Source of the DNA: Eukaryota sp. TZLM1-RC
Lineage: Eukaryota > Protista > Metamonada: BaSk clade
Length of the DNA: 64,000 nucleotides
Assembly (NCBI GenBank): GCA_040285825.1
Contig: JAUPSS010000002.1
Location: 682,001 to 746,000, forward strand
Reading direction: 5' to 3'
Shown piece after piece: positions 9,898 through 23,375 of the stretch (position 1 is its first letter; each line of letters starts with the position of its first letter). The notes under the pieces are model-generated. The model was not told where the DNA came from, searched no databases, and worked only from the letters and a program-made list of their open reading frames with translations. Both the position numbers and the translations under genes were made by a program.

Positions 9898-11846
9898 GAT
9901 TTTGATTTTCTGGACAAAAAAGCTGAATCTCTTTTGGCGATAAATACAAAAGTCGAAGCAATTACAGTGAGTAGCTTTTCTTTTTTCTTTATGTAGATGG
10001 TGTTCCAATAAACTTTGTCTTTCAGTGTTGCCTCTTCGATGATTCACATTAAGCCACTGTTTCAGTAGGTTGAGCAACATCGACAGACTCTGCTGTCATT
10101 GCTATCAGATACTGATAGTCCTGAACGGAGTAGGAGTTGGAGTCAGTTGGATCAACGGAGAGTGAGATGTCATGTGAGGCTTGGGTAATATGACAATACC
10201 TTAATTCAAAAGCTGAACCAGCTGACCAACCCACTAGATTACTGTGGTTGGGGTCCATAACCACAAAAGAAGGGTTGGCTTTCTGGGAAGGCCTTTGTTG
10301 CTTACTGGGAGGCATTTCTGGCCTTCTAGGCCTGGTGCCTTTCTGCGGCATAGTCTTGGATCGCTTGATATGAGTGGCGTGGAAATTTTCCACTACACAT
10401 GCAACTCGAGCTTCATTGTTGGTGCGCTTTTTGCTAGTAGGCTTGACGGTGTGTGAAAAAGACACAAGCTCACACCGTCAGTGACCACAGAGTACTTTGG
10501 CTATCTGTCCCGAGATAAACCAAAGTACCAGCAGGGGCACACCAGGAGCTGACTGTCATTGTTTCTGGAAGCAAAGACATCAAGAGTTTATTGGTTTATG
10601 TTCACAAAGCCTGGGACACAATATGAGAAGGGAGAAAGGACACGTCGCATCATCTTGTCAGGAAAGACACCCTCCATGAACGACAGAATGGTTAAGCCAC
10701 AACGGAGACAAAAGCAGCAACCTCATTGGATATCTGCATAACATGTTCTAGGAGGATACGCTCAAAGGTGCGCTGGTGATGATTGTCGGGTACATCACCA
10801 CTGATGTCCAGTAAAGCTTACCATTTGGCGCTGATAAACTCACGCCACTGGTTGGCAAAGACGGAAACCCTAGGTGAGAATGTTGCCGGCGCAACGTACA
10901 CGAGGCGTAGGTTGGGTGCTGGACACCACAAGAAACCGGAGCACGTTGTAAAGAAGTTGCTTCCAGCACACCGGTCCATCTATAAAAAACGGCGGTGTGC
11001 TTCCGCAAAGCGACGGGCTGTCGTAGAAATAAAAATGGAATAGCACCACAGGCGGACCCCTAGGCTTTCAATACGGCGGCTTGATGAACACAGTGCTGGA
11101 AAGGGCCAGCTCGGGCGGGACGACAGAATGAAAAGAGCGTCGTAAACAACAGCTTCCCTAACGAAGGGCTGTCGGTTGTGGTGCACTAAGAAAATCACAA
11201 AAACACAACACAGTTTCGAGAACTGCTGCTGTAAGATCCAACTGCTGAGGTTCGGGCGCTTGTAGGACAAAAACTCGAGCAAGCCTAGTAGCAAGTACTG
11301 CAAAACGTTGCTTATTCGTAAGCTGACTCGCCAGTTCCGACTACACTACAGGAGACAAAAGGTATTAACTGATGCTGCCACTGTTGCAGTCGTCGGTGCA
11401 GTGGGCGTGACAGTCGAGAAAAAAGATTAGTTTCAGTTGTGAAAGTCAACAGTAGAATTTAGTTTATTTACAACTTACATTACTTTTCTTTTTTAGTTCT
11501 AAGTTTATTTTGCTAAGTGTGGAAGTTCAATAAACAAAAAAATTTCTTACATCTATAAAAATGAGAAGTTGTGACAGAAAGATAAAGAGACACTTCAGTA
11601 GGTTATTCTCGAACTGTTTAAACCATTTTCATTCCTAAAGAGTCAAATTTGATAAAGTTGTTTTTGAAGACAGCAGTAGTAGTTTAACCAACGGATTTTG
11701 TAGTTTTGATGAGTTCTTATAATTGTTTCAACAATTTTGATTGTAAATTTGACCAAGGGAAAACACCAAAATCCACATGATTAAATCAATTTCCATCAAA
11801 ATCCACAGCAACATTAGTCCCATCTTTTTCATCAAAAACCACAAAA

Positions 11847-12462
11847 ATGACTATTGCTCTTAATCTTAATAAACTTAAAGCTTCTGAACCTATATCCATC
11901 TCAGTGAACGATACTTTCGAATCTCCTGACAAAATGATAACAACTCTGCATCAATATGGTATTGAAATCAACAAAGAGTTCTCTCCTGCTCAAAATAACA
12001 ACAAGACCCGCTGGGAAATCAAGTGTGATGATGAGAAGTGTCCCTTTCGTTTTATTGCTACGTCCCCTCTTGATTGCGATGTTTGGATTGTTACGAAGTT
12101 CGTGGAGCACAACACACCTTGTCAAGCACAATCAAAAAATCACGTTCCTGCGAAAATTGTGGCTCTTATGTTGAAAGAGGATTTCAGACGTTGTGGACCA
12201 GTATCTCCAACTAGAATGCAGAGGATGTCTGACATGCCAATCAATCATAACGCATGTTCTAGAGTGTTAAAAGAAGAACAAATGTTGTTATATGGAGACA
12301 AGGAGAAGTCCTTCAGCCTACTACCTCGTTACTTCGAACGTTTGAAACAGAAAATGCCAGGAACTGTGGCTTTTGTTGAAGCAGGTGATGATGATCGCTT
12401 TAGTCGTTGCTTTTTGGCGTTTTCAGCATCCATTACTGGTCAGCAATATTGTAAACCTGTGA
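11847..12462 (+). CDS. MULE transposase, N-terminal part (interrupted by gypsy)
   Basis: WRKY/GCM-like C-x4-C..W..H region. Joins in frame to 19637 as CKPV-IELDGCF. Confidence 0.9.
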
Positions 12463-12541
12463 TGTTGGCGCCCTAAGGCTTATATAATATGAATAGAAAA
12501 TAAATCAGACTTTTCTTTACTACAATAGACTTTAGGCAACA
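12463..12541 (+). repeat. 5' LTR (79 bp)
   Basis: TGTTG...CAACA; contains TATATAA and AATAAA; identical to 19554-19632. Confidence 0.96.
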
Positions 12542-12618
12542 ATAATTATTGGCCATTTTAAAGTCAAAAGGTATACCATAACTTCAGCATTAGCGAACAT
12601 CTTCAGACACTTTACAGC

Positions 12619-15600
12619 ATGTCAGACATCTCCCAACCAGATATCTCTGACTCTAATCCACCACTTAATATGCAGCAGGTACCAGCATCACATACACATG
12701 ATATAGAGGGCAACGAGGCAACGGACCCGGATCCCACCTCCCCCTCCCTTAATGTAGAAGAAGATGAAAGAGTGGACGAGGTCCCTCCATCTTCAACAAC
12801 AGATGAGGTAACGAGAACGGACCCGGCTCCCTCTCCCCTCAGGAAAAAAGTAACAGATGAGGTTACGAGAACGGACCCGGCTCCCTCTCCCCTCAGGAAA
12901 AAAGTAACAGATGAGGTAACGAGAACGGACCCGGCTCCCTCTCCCCTCAAAGCAATGGAAGAGGCAACGAGAACGGACCCAACTCCCTCTCCCCTCCCAA
13001 TTCTAGAACCTGTCTCAAAGGGAACGGATGGAGATCCCACCTTAGACACGTCTTCCCCATTAGGAGAATATGAAGAAATCAATCTCAACTAGATGAAATG
13101 GAGGGAGAAGACGACTCTTCTGAGGGGTTCTACAAGTTATTAAGAGAGGACGCGGAGGCTTACCTCGAACCAACAGATTTCTGTCTGTTCGAGCAGCTTC
13201 CCCCTTTATGGAGTTACGTTCAAAAAAGAGGCAGAAACGTTGGTTTCCAGACCCTCGGAATGATTGGGGATACCCAAAAGGTATTGGAAATTCCCCTCAA
13301 TGAAAGGAATGAACTCATAAAGGCACTTGATAAACTGAGTAGAGAGACATTCGGGCGTAACGCAGAACGCCGCCCCAGAATCTCTGGAATGGACAAGAGA
13401 ATCAATGAATTGATGTCTCTTCCCATCAAAGATAGATTGGATTGGAAGGCCTCCTTCCTAGATCAATACGGCAGGAGAATAAGGTTTCTCTCCATCGAAC
13501 AGAGAAGTAGGACCGACTCGGAAGACATCCTACAATCCAAATTGCCTGCCTGGTTTGATCCTAACTTTGATACGGAAATCCATAATTACACGGAGCTGAC
13601 AGAGGGTGCTCCCACATATTTTAGGGAATTTATGGAGCAGGAGGATAGTAGTGAACAAGACAAGCTTGAACCAGTAACCCCTTGGTTCGATGCAGACGCT
13701 CTGAATAACATTCATTCGGAACGATCAGCTGTATCCACGTATAGGAGCCGTCCTAACAACTATATCCAACAACATGGTAACTCGTTCACGAAACAACGAG
13801 AGTTTAGACAATGGGTAACGGGAGATCCATCCACATCTCTCCACCTTCCCAAATTGCCTGTTGTAGCCCCTATAATTTCTGAAAAAAGCCAACCAATACA
13901 GGTCTGCTCTATTGACAGCATACCCGAACACGTTCCAACAGTGAACGTCCCGGAGCCTGTAACAAGACAAGACGTTGCTCCTCAGGAAGAACCAACTTCC
14001 TCCCATCCCATGGAATGTGAAATTGGAGAAGACATAGAGTTGAACGGGCCAGTCGTTGGAGAAACGGCTCCTCCTCAACCCTCAGTAAGAAACTCTTCTT
14101 CCGACAGATCCATGCGTATTGAGGACCTACAATCCTCAAGAAGAGCTATTGACATGAGTATAGCTAGTAGCCTTCATAGACAGATTGATCCACGGTCTAA
14201 GGATATCGACTATAAAAGACCTCGATTATCCGCTGATGACCCTATCAACAAAATGTCTATCATAGCTTTCCTTTTAAAATATCAAACTTGGGATAAGTAC
14301 GGGCGAAAGATAGCTAATAGAAGCTTTGAAGCCCCAGGTCAATCAGATTGGACCAGAGCCTTTATGATAGCTACCCAGCTATTTGGAGAAGGCCAAGCAG
14401 AAATAACCCAAGATAGGATTAAAGATCTCCCCAAACATATACGCGACGAGATCGCCAGGGACACAACACAGCCTTTGGTAAGGATTGACCCAGCTATAAC
14501 AGATAAGCTCGGACCCCCAATCCACCATTATGATTTATTTAGGAGCATGATGATGAGCACTTGCCCTACAGGAATATCCAGCATGATCGACCCTAGCCTT
14601 CTATCTAGATGGCAGAGTCAAGGTTTACTCGGTGTTGATTATACCGACGCCGAGGTCATGGTATTTCTGTTAAAAAGAACACAATTTACATCATATCATG
14701 AGGCTTGTACAGCTCTAATGAAGCCTAGAATAAATTGGAGAAAAATCCACAATAGGCATGAGGCTGACAACGAGTTTGGTCGTTATGTAGAAGATTTTGG
14801 AGACGTCTTGAGAATGACCACCTACATGACCGACCTAACCATCCCCGATTTAATTAGATGAAGCAGTGGGTTGATAACCATATCTCCCGCTCTAATAGCC
14901 GAGTACTTCCTTATGGGTTTGGATAACTTTGCTATATCGAGCGAACTCCTCCCAGTATGGACTAGGGAATCCTTGTGGGACTCACCGAACAGAACAACTC
15001 TACTCGATTTGATATCGACAACGAGGAGACATTTCCTCGCTTGGTGTTACAGAGCAGGAAACAAGCCCACATTGGATGTACTAAGGAACAGGGCTAATGA
15101 AGAAGATATTCCTTTGGGACTCACGGCGATGAGAACTTACTCAAGAGGAGTAACACCATCAGCCCAGGCTCCATCAAAACGAGCAAGACGATCAGGTGGG
15201 AAGTCAAGAGGAACCCCTCAACACAAATACATCCCTGAAAAGCATGAACGAGAAGGATCAAAATTCTGTACATTCTGCAGCAACGTCGAAGGTAACAATC
15301 CTGTTGGCCACACTGTATTCGAATGCAAGGACCCTCGTTGTGCTAGAAGCAGAGTTCCCAAAGAAGAAAGATTCAGATTAGGAGAACAGGAGGCGCCTGC
15401 TAGTAGAGGCAGTGTAGAAAGGTGCCGAGGTGGCCGTGGTAGACGTGTACATAGATTCAAATTTAGAGGCCGTGGAGGCCGTTTTAGAGGTCATAAAGGA
15501 AGAGGTCAGTACAGACCTATACATAACATAAACACAACAGAGGACATATCATCAAACGCATCCCCTACTGAGTCAAAACCGACCCGTTCGAGTACGGTTC

Positions 15601-18600
15601 CTCACAGACGGATCAACAACAGCAACCGGAACAGCAGGACAGGCAACTTTCCTAATCGGGTACATATCAACGCAATCAATCACAACCAATCAACAACCGA
15701 TTTAGGAAACCCAGTCAACAACTTTCCAACAGCTCAACAAAATCTTTTAATTCCTCTACAAATTCACCAAACCAGCTCTGATATCAATAGCATTTTTGAT
15801 ATTAATTCTACGGTTAGTGAAAACCACGTCAGGTCCCAGCGTTCTCCATTTCTAAGACTGGAGATATCAATAAATGATATTAAAATGATTGCGACTATAG
15901 ATTCGGCTGCGTTTTGTTCAGTTATTACTGCAGATTTAGCTGAACAATGCCATATGTCAATCAATAGCAAGGATACTATTAAGTTCTTACCAGCTAATAA
16001 CGTATCCACAAAATCGCTAGGGAGTGCAACTGGTATTCTGTCGTTCAACGTAGGAAGCATTGCGCAACAAGTTCACTATAAACATACTCTTCCCATAATC
16101 CCGGGTTCGAACAAATTATTAATAGGGACAGACATGTTAAAAAGCACTTGGGCTTCAGACGGATGATGGTCTTTTCATTAGATTAGACAAAGAACACCGC
16201 ACTTTGCTAAATGCAGAATCAGAATTCGACTCTAGGATCGCTCAACATTCGATTGGGAACTTAGATAACCAATCACCAAGTCCTTCTGATTTTGAGGAGC
16301 AATTAGCAAGATCTGGATGTGAGATAAATTTAGATGATAGTAATAATAAACTAAAATTAACGAGTCTACTAAAATTATTCAGCGATGTTTTTAGTGAAAC
16401 TCCTAATAGAAAAGGAATCGATTGTAATCCTCTAACAATCCCCTTTAGAGATGAGAATGCTATAATACACAAGCCTGCTAGACGGTTAAATCCCAGCAAA
16501 ATGGAAATAGCAAACAAAATATTTGATGAACTGATCGAAATGGGCTATGCAGTTGAATCTAATTACAAATTCAGCTCTCCTATTGTCTTAGTTATATATC
16601 CTGACGGGAAGAAACCCAGGTTAACTGGAGACTTTAGTGGTAAAGATGGAGTCAATGCCCATACGATTTCAGTAGAGCCTAATCTACCTAGGATTAGTGA
16701 TATTTTAGAATTTTTGAGTAGAGCAAATTACATCGCCACGCTTGATTTACCAAAAGCTTTCTGGCAGATGAATGTAGCTGAGAAGGATATTGAGAAAACA
16801 TCAATCTCAATTCCTGGAAGGTCAATCATGTTTAAAAGAGCTTGCTTCGGATTAAAGAACATCCCAGCAGTTTTTCAAAACGTAATGATGGAAATTTTCC
16901 AAATAGACGGCGTTTTCATATACATCGACGATATCATAATAGTTGGAACGACATTCGAAGAATTTTATAAGAGATTACAAAGAGTTCTCCAATGCGCCAG
17001 AAATAGACGTGTAAATATAGGCTTACGTAAATGTAAATTCGTAACATCAAAACACCCTATCGACATTTTAGGAAGTTCCTTCCAGGATAAAACTAGATTT
17101 ATTAGTAAGAAAAAAATCGAAGCCTTGATGAGAATCCCTAGACCAAAAACAGTGAAAGAAGTTCGCTCATTGGTAGGATCCATCAATTATCTTAGAGATT
17201 GGCTTCCAGGTATTTCTGAATTAATTGCTCCAATTAACGAGCTAATTAAAGGAAAACCCAGAATAATTAAATGGACTAGCAAGCATGACGATTACTTAAA
17301 ACAAATAAAAGACTTAATAGTAAACCACATGCCCCTTGAATTACCAGCTCCGGGCAAGCGAGTATTGATAAGTACTGACGCTTCAGATGTAGCAGTAGGA
17401 GGTGTCATTTGGCAAGAAATTGAACCCTACTCCCCTGCAGGAACCCCGCTAAATAAAAGGAAAGTAAAACCTTTGTCATTCTATAGTAGATTACTTACAG
17501 AAACACAAAGAAAATGGTCCACATTACAAAAAGAATTATATGCAATACTTTTGATTTTAACTGAAAGTTGTTTAGAAAGCTACTTGTTAACTAGACACTT
17601 AACAATTTTCACAGATCATAAAAACATTGCATTCCTGGCTACAGCCCCAGAGAAAAATAGAATTGTAAAGAGATGGCTGCCGATACTATCTGAATTCGAC
17701 TTTGACATAGTCCACGAACCTGGTGAAGACAACCATTGGGCAGATATGTTATCGAGGAATATTGATTTGGATCAAAACGAGGAAACTCCTTCTATTTGTA
17801 GCATAAATATACCAGATACTTTACTTTCAAATTACGAGATATCTCCACTAGACGATGATTCTGATTCGGATCTTGAAGACATCCCATCAATCTCATCTCT
17901 AAGTAGACACCAAGACCTACCTATTTTTTCTTCTTGGTTCTCTAAGATAAGATCTGAACAACAAATAGCCAAAAACAACAACGACTCGTTATTTGAAAAT
18001 GCAATTCTAGATGAAAATACTCAAATTTGGAAAAATAATAAAAACAAAATTTTGATTCCAAAGAGCCTCAGAAAACAGGCACTTCTATTAATACATGGTT
18101 TGGTTCAATCTGGTCACCCTAGCAAAAACGATAGTTTACACAAACTATCCAAAAGCGATTTTTACTGGCCCAATATGAGAAAGGACCTTATTAATCATGT
18201 CAAGAGATGCCCAACTTGTCAAAAAACGGCTCCAGTTAAAAGATCAAAAACACCTTCCACAGGATCTTTATGGGCAGATCGTCCTTTTGCCAGATTAAAT
18301 GTCGATACAATTGGACCCCTAAATTCTGACAACGAAGGAAATAAATATCTATTAGTATTTGTAGACTCTTTTACTGGATATACAATTTTAGTCCCTCTAA
18401 AAGAACTCAATGCCTTAGAAACCGCAGATGCCTTAATTTGGAATGTTTGCGCTATCTTCGGCATACCTATGTTAATTCATAGTGATAATGGACCTGAGTT
18501 CGCCAATGCGACTTTCAAAATAGTGTGTAACAGATTAGCGATTGAGATGAGTAATTCAATTCCCCACTATTCAGAAAGTAATGGACTTGTAGAACGTAAA

Positions 18601-19424
18601 CATAGAGACGTTCTTCAATGCTTAAGGAAACTATTAATAGATTTCAATGATTACGGAAATTGGTCTACATACGTACCTATATCCCAACTATTAATAAATT
18701 CTACTAAAAGCAGAAAAACTGGTTTTCCCCATACGAACTCATGTTCGGTTCTTCGATTAGTCCAAGAACAGACCCTGCTAATATATTAGGAAATTTATCC
18801 AAATTTGAAACTAATACCCCCTTATTAGATGACATCAAAATGAAAAACACTCGTCTACAAGAAAAAAGGGAAGAAGCAGAGCGTCACCAAACATTAAATA
18901 CTCCGTCTTCAGTAGATAATACTAATTCGTGTTTTATAGTATTTAATATTGGTGACTACGTCTTACGTAAAACCAAGCAAAATAATAAATTGCATGGATC
19001 TTGGAATGGACCATTTTTAGTTATTGACCTTCCTTCCAAATCCACTTTATTATTGAAGAATCTTACTACTGGCACAGAATTAAAAGCTGCCAAGAAAGAT
19101 TGCAAAATCTATAACGCAGAAAATCCACAGGACATTGAATTCCTCAAGGCAGTCGCTGCAGGCGATTCCGAAAAACACGTTATAGAGAAAATCCTCTCAG
19201 AATACCACTCTGATTCAGGTAGTTTCTGTACTGTTCAGTGGTTTGGCGGTGAGACAACAGAAGAGCCACTCCATTCGGTTAAACATTCAGAAGCTTATAA
19301 GTTATTTAGTAAGGATAACAAGAAAATTGGAAAACGTACCACTAGTCGACGACAAAGTACCTCCAATGAGTCTACGCCTTCTAAGAGGCCTAGACGCAGT
19401 TATAGAATTAGGAAGAGGAGCTAA
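12619..19424 (+). CDS. gag-pol polyprotein, broken into five ORFs
   Basis: Gag knuckle CTFC-x10-H-x4-C; protease IDSAA..LLIGTD; RT LDLPKAFWQ and YIDD; RNase H TDASD; integrase H..H..CPTC plus D,D,E (VDT, SDNG, GLVER); GPF motif; chromo-like VIEKIL..VQWFG..TEEP. Confidence 0.92.
12798..12996 (+). repeat. 54-bp coding tandem repeat, about 3.7 units (TDEVTRTDPAPSPLRKKV)
   Basis: Unit starts at 12798, 12852 and 12906, plus a diverged fourth unit. Confidence 0.9.
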
Positions 19425-19553
19425 TTCTTAGTTTATATCGATTATTTATATTATATCGATTATATGTATTTATTATAGTTGTTTTGTTAATTGTATATAG
19501 TTTTTATTTCATATTCATATAAGCTGATTTATTTTGAAAAAGGGAAGAAGCAG

Positions 19554-19632
19554 TGTTGGCGCCCTAAGGCTTATATAATATGAATAGAAAATAAATCAGA
19601 CTTTTCTTTACTACAATAGACTTTAGGCAACA
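19554..19632 (+). repeat. 3' LTR (79 bp)
   Basis: Identical to 12463-12541; preceded by aaaaagggaagaagcag. Confidence 0.96.
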
Positions 19633-19636
19633 GTGA

Positions 19637-20790
19637 TCGAGTTGGACGGCTGTTTCATCAAAAATCAGTATCTTGGAACAATCTTGGTAGCTGCAACAAT
19701 TGACACAAACGGACAGACATTCCCTCTAGCGTTTGGAGTTGTTGATACTGAAAATACAGCAACTTGGTCGTGGTTTCATCTTCGCAACATATTTGTTATC
19801 TCATGTACTTCAATCATTTCTGATCGGCAAAAAGGTCTGATCAATGCAGTGGAGGCTGTACTTCCTGGATGTCCTCATGCATTCTGTGTAAAACATCTTG
19901 CTGATAATGCAACAGGTAAAGGATCAAAAAAAGCTAGGCCCTTTATTTTTCGACTAGCAAAAGCAAAAAATCTCAATGACTACAACGATATTCTAAAAGA
20001 AATGGCGATTGTCTCACAGACGGCAGCGGAATATATCGAGAAGACGGCAGATCCTCAACATTGGGTCGAGTCCATTTTTCCTGGAAACAAATGGGGACAT
20101 ACCACAAGTAACGTCGTGGAATCACTCAATGCTGCTATCAACGAAGCCAGAGAACAACCTATTGTTCAAATGTTTGATAGTATCAGAGCAATGCTTGGAA
20201 GATGGTTTGTATCAAGACGAAAAGAAGCAAGAGCAATGATTGAATTCCCTTTAGTTCCAAGAGCTGTTAAGATTCTTGAGGAGAGGTTGATGTTGTTGCG
20301 TGACTTAAGATCTATTGAAGTTGATGACGATGAGTTTGAGGTCATAGACAGTGGTAGAGTGTTCAACGTTGATATTGAGGAAAAGAGTTGTAGTTGCTGT
20401 GATGGGAAAGAAGGAATTCCATGTGCTCACTTGCTGATGTTTTTGACAAGGAACGGTTCAAGAGGAATTGAATACTGTGCACCACAGCACTCTTCTTTAT
20501 GGTATTTACGTGCCTACGAGGGGAGAATATTATCTGTTGATGATGTTACGTTGGAGAGTAACGTTGAATCTGATGAAAGAGCACCGGAAGTAAATGTTAG
20601 CGGACCTCCAATTGCCAAGCCGAGAGTGGGCAGACCCAAGAAAGTTCGTATGAGGAATGCAAGAGAGAAAAAATCAGGAAGTAAGCCCAGAAGATCTCAA
20701 ACTTCATTGGAGCCAGCTCAGAAACGCATTTATAAGCGTGGTTTATGTGGAATAGTAAACCATAACAAAAGAGGTTGTCCTAATCAATAG
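19637..20790 (+). CDS. MULE transposase, C-terminal part (DDE, SWIM, zinc knuckle)
   Basis: ELDGCF, ISDRQKGL, FCVKHL, SNVVESLN and the SWIM motif CSC..GIPCAH. Confidence 0.92.
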
Positions 20791-21012
20791 TTTATTGTTT
20801 CATAAGAAGCAGTTGAATAGAGGTGTTCAATAAAGATGATTTTGATCAACCAACTTGAAAAGATTTGGGTCACGTCATATGTGGATTTTCATCACAGGTT
20901 CTGGATGATGTGGATTGTGAAAATTACTTTGAGAAATGTTTGTGGATTTTGATTAAAAATTGTGGTACGTGTGGATTTTGGTGTTGTCCCTTTGACCAAT
21001 TCTTCTCATAAG

Positions 21013-22860
21013 TAGTGTTGAGTAAACGCTATAGTCGACTAGACTAAACTATTGTTTGTTCTATTCAACTGCACTATCACCTCTTGTGTAAGGTAGGCCA
21101 CTAAGCTATCAACTATAGCTTTCTATAGGCCGACTACACTAGGCTATTTTATATAATACTAGCCTTGTTAGTAAAAACTGTTATGTGGTACAGAAATCTT
21201 TACTTAAATAAATAAATTAATCAAATACAATATCTAGTCCAAAGTAAGTTATTCGTCTAGGTTTTCAGGCAATACCTTCAACCACGACTTCAAACATGTA
21301 AGAGCTTGAATGTTATTGGGGTTTAATCTACATCGTTTATAAGAAACAATGTCTCCAGGGACCGAAAACAATCGCTCACAAAGCACCGAGGTCGCTTGTA
21401 TGCTCATACATTCATGCACCAACTGTCTGAAAACTGATCTGCTGGAGCTCAATTTCCACCAGTCAAGAGGATCCACATATTCGGACACAGATCCTTTTGA
21501 GAGATAATTGTGTAACTCGTTCGTAAAGTTGGATGAAAGCGTATCAGCAGAAGGGCTAAAGAACAATTTCTTAGATATAGGAGGCACTGCTAGTAATTTA
21601 GGTTTACGAGCAGCAACTATTGCCTGAAATCTCTTAGAAAAGCGTTGTTCTTGCATCAGCTCATGAAAAATCGTGTTTCTGAACCTGGATTCCCAAAGCA
21701 TAGTGACATAGACTTCAAAAGAATAGATGAATGGAATATATTCATCTATTTTAATTTAATAAATCGTTTAATTGGGATTCTTTTGTGACAATGAATCAAT
21801 CACAACCTGATGATAACAATGTAATGCACCAGATTTAATCAAACCAGCAGTTGGATGTTTTCTGCAAATATAAACTCACTACCCACATTAAATTGCTTCA
21901 AAAAACTCAGTAACACATGAAGTTCCTGATCTTCGTCATTTGTCAAAATGAATTCAGAATAGTCGTTGCGGGAGCGAAGCAAAATTGTGAAAACATTCTG
22001 AAGTTGAACATCTGTAGAGAACATTTTGTACGTGCTATTCCATCATGCTTTTACTTCGTGCTTATAAAGAGTTTCCTCTTCGGTAGTTGAAGTATTCTTT
22101 GTACACCAGTACTATATCTTGTTAGCTCAGCAAATTCTCGGACCTTGTGGGTAGCAGATTCAATAGACGACATTGCATTCTGCACAGCTAAATTTGAAAC
22201 TTGGCCGATGCACCGACACCCAGTATAATCAGCTTCATTTGCCATAAGCTCAACAGCACTCACAACGTTAGGACCATTGTCACTGGTTATAGCATGCACC
22301 TTTTCCATTAGTTCAAGGTTGTCACAATAGCATCCTTAATAGATAGAGTGGTATGTGGATATGGTAAACTCTTCACCTTGACAACAATATTAACTGGTGT
22401 GAAATCTTGTAATGGTAAGTAATTCACAAAAAGACTATGCTGTTACGAGAGGTACACAAGTCAAGTGTTTGAGATATTGTAGTTGCTGATTCTAGTAAAG
22501 ACTTGATTCTGACTTGATACGCTTTGAACATAAGGAAATCGATTTCGGATAGACCAACGAGATGGAAGTTTATATCCAGGGAATCGTAAATCAAAAAGTT
22601 TCGCTAATGTTTAGGATGCAAAGAACTGAAAAGGTAGGCTGTGCTCTACACACAACTGAAAAAGTAAATCATCCACAAGCTTTTAGAGATTTTTATCAAC
22701 AGATTTGCAGACAAAGAAACCTTTCTTTGGAACCTTTGTTGGGGAGGAAACCTTGTTGAGCCAGTTGGGTTGTACTTTGGTTAAGTGATTCTCCAGAGAT
22801 CTGACGTGATCTCCCTCAACCTTCCATGCACACCAACATCTCTCTCATCAGTTCATTCTA
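21013..22860 (-). mobile_element. Decayed hAT transposon / transposase pseudogene
   Basis: Dimerisation domain DPLDWWK..SIQATSVLCERLFS..RCRL; RWNSTYKM; TSDNGPNV; C....NLAVQ. Candidate terminus TAGTGTTGAGTAAA at 21013; the other end was not found. Confidence 0.85.
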
Positions 22861-23335
22861 TGTCTTTTATCACTTAACAAATAAAGTTGAGTTTTTTATT
22901 TAATCTACACAAATTTCAACTAAAAGTGTAGTGCATCTTTTAGCAATATTCAATATTCCGATTGTTGCTTTCCATTGTTAAGTAAACCTTACAGGTGCAA
23001 TTTTGTTTTAATATTAATCTACAATAGTTTAAAAATCATGAGTTTCTGTTCAGACTTCATCACAATCTGAATGAACTTTAATACACATTTGACCCTGAAT
23101 ACAATTGAGGTGAGCGACGACATCACCGGTAGAGAGAATGATGTAGCGGACTAGGCCTTCTCGGGACCTCATGCGTTCATAGCGTTCATGAGGGAATCAA
23201 AAAATGTGGAAGAAAGTAGGGGTGTGGCAGATGTCAACCGCATTGAAGTGGACAAGGAAACCTACAAAACGTGGCAGCAAGAGCAGCTACATCAAGAGGT
23301 TGTCACAATGCCAGTTGAAGGCTTAAAAGTGCTCA

Positions 23336-23375
23336 ACATAGGTCTACATAGGTCTACATAGGTTAACATAGGTGC
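23336..23375. repeat. 10-bp tandem repeat, ACATAGGTNN x4
   Basis: acataggtct acataggtct acataggtta acataggtgc. Confidence 0.85.

Larger units (their letters stand above)
12463..19632 (+). mobile_element. Full-length Ty3/gypsy chromovirus-like LTR retrotransposon
   Basis: Identical 79-bp LTRs, TSD GTGA (12459-12462, 19633-19636), PPT before 19554, and domain order gag-PR-RT-RH-IN-chromo. Confidence 0.96.
11757..20990 (+). mobile_element. Mutator-like (MULE) DNA transposon with TIRs and a 9-bp TSD
   Basis: TSD TTTGACCAA at 11748-11756 and 20991-20999. TIRs GGGA(A/C)AACACCAAAATCCACA, with the CAAAATCCACA motif repeated subterminally. Confidence 0.95.

Noticed and set aside
7470-10064. 8-bp inverted match TGAAACAG (7470) / CTGTTTCA (10057) as Fanzor TIRs
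   Set aside because: Too short, no TSD, and not conserved in copy 2 (ctgtaaga).
12465-12475. TGGCGCCC as a tRNA-Lys PBS
   Set aside because: It lies inside both LTRs rather than after the 5' LTR, and the match does not extend.
12798-12996. CRISPR-like array
   Set aside because: Head-to-tail coding repeats with no unique spacers, inside gag. The same lack of spacers applies to 23336 and 30759.
7470-22860. Single composite hAT-Fanzor element (the genes are co-oriented once MULE and gypsy are removed)
   Set aside because: A hAT-like terminus at 21013 seems to close the hAT before the Fanzor side, and no TIR/TSD pair encloses both.
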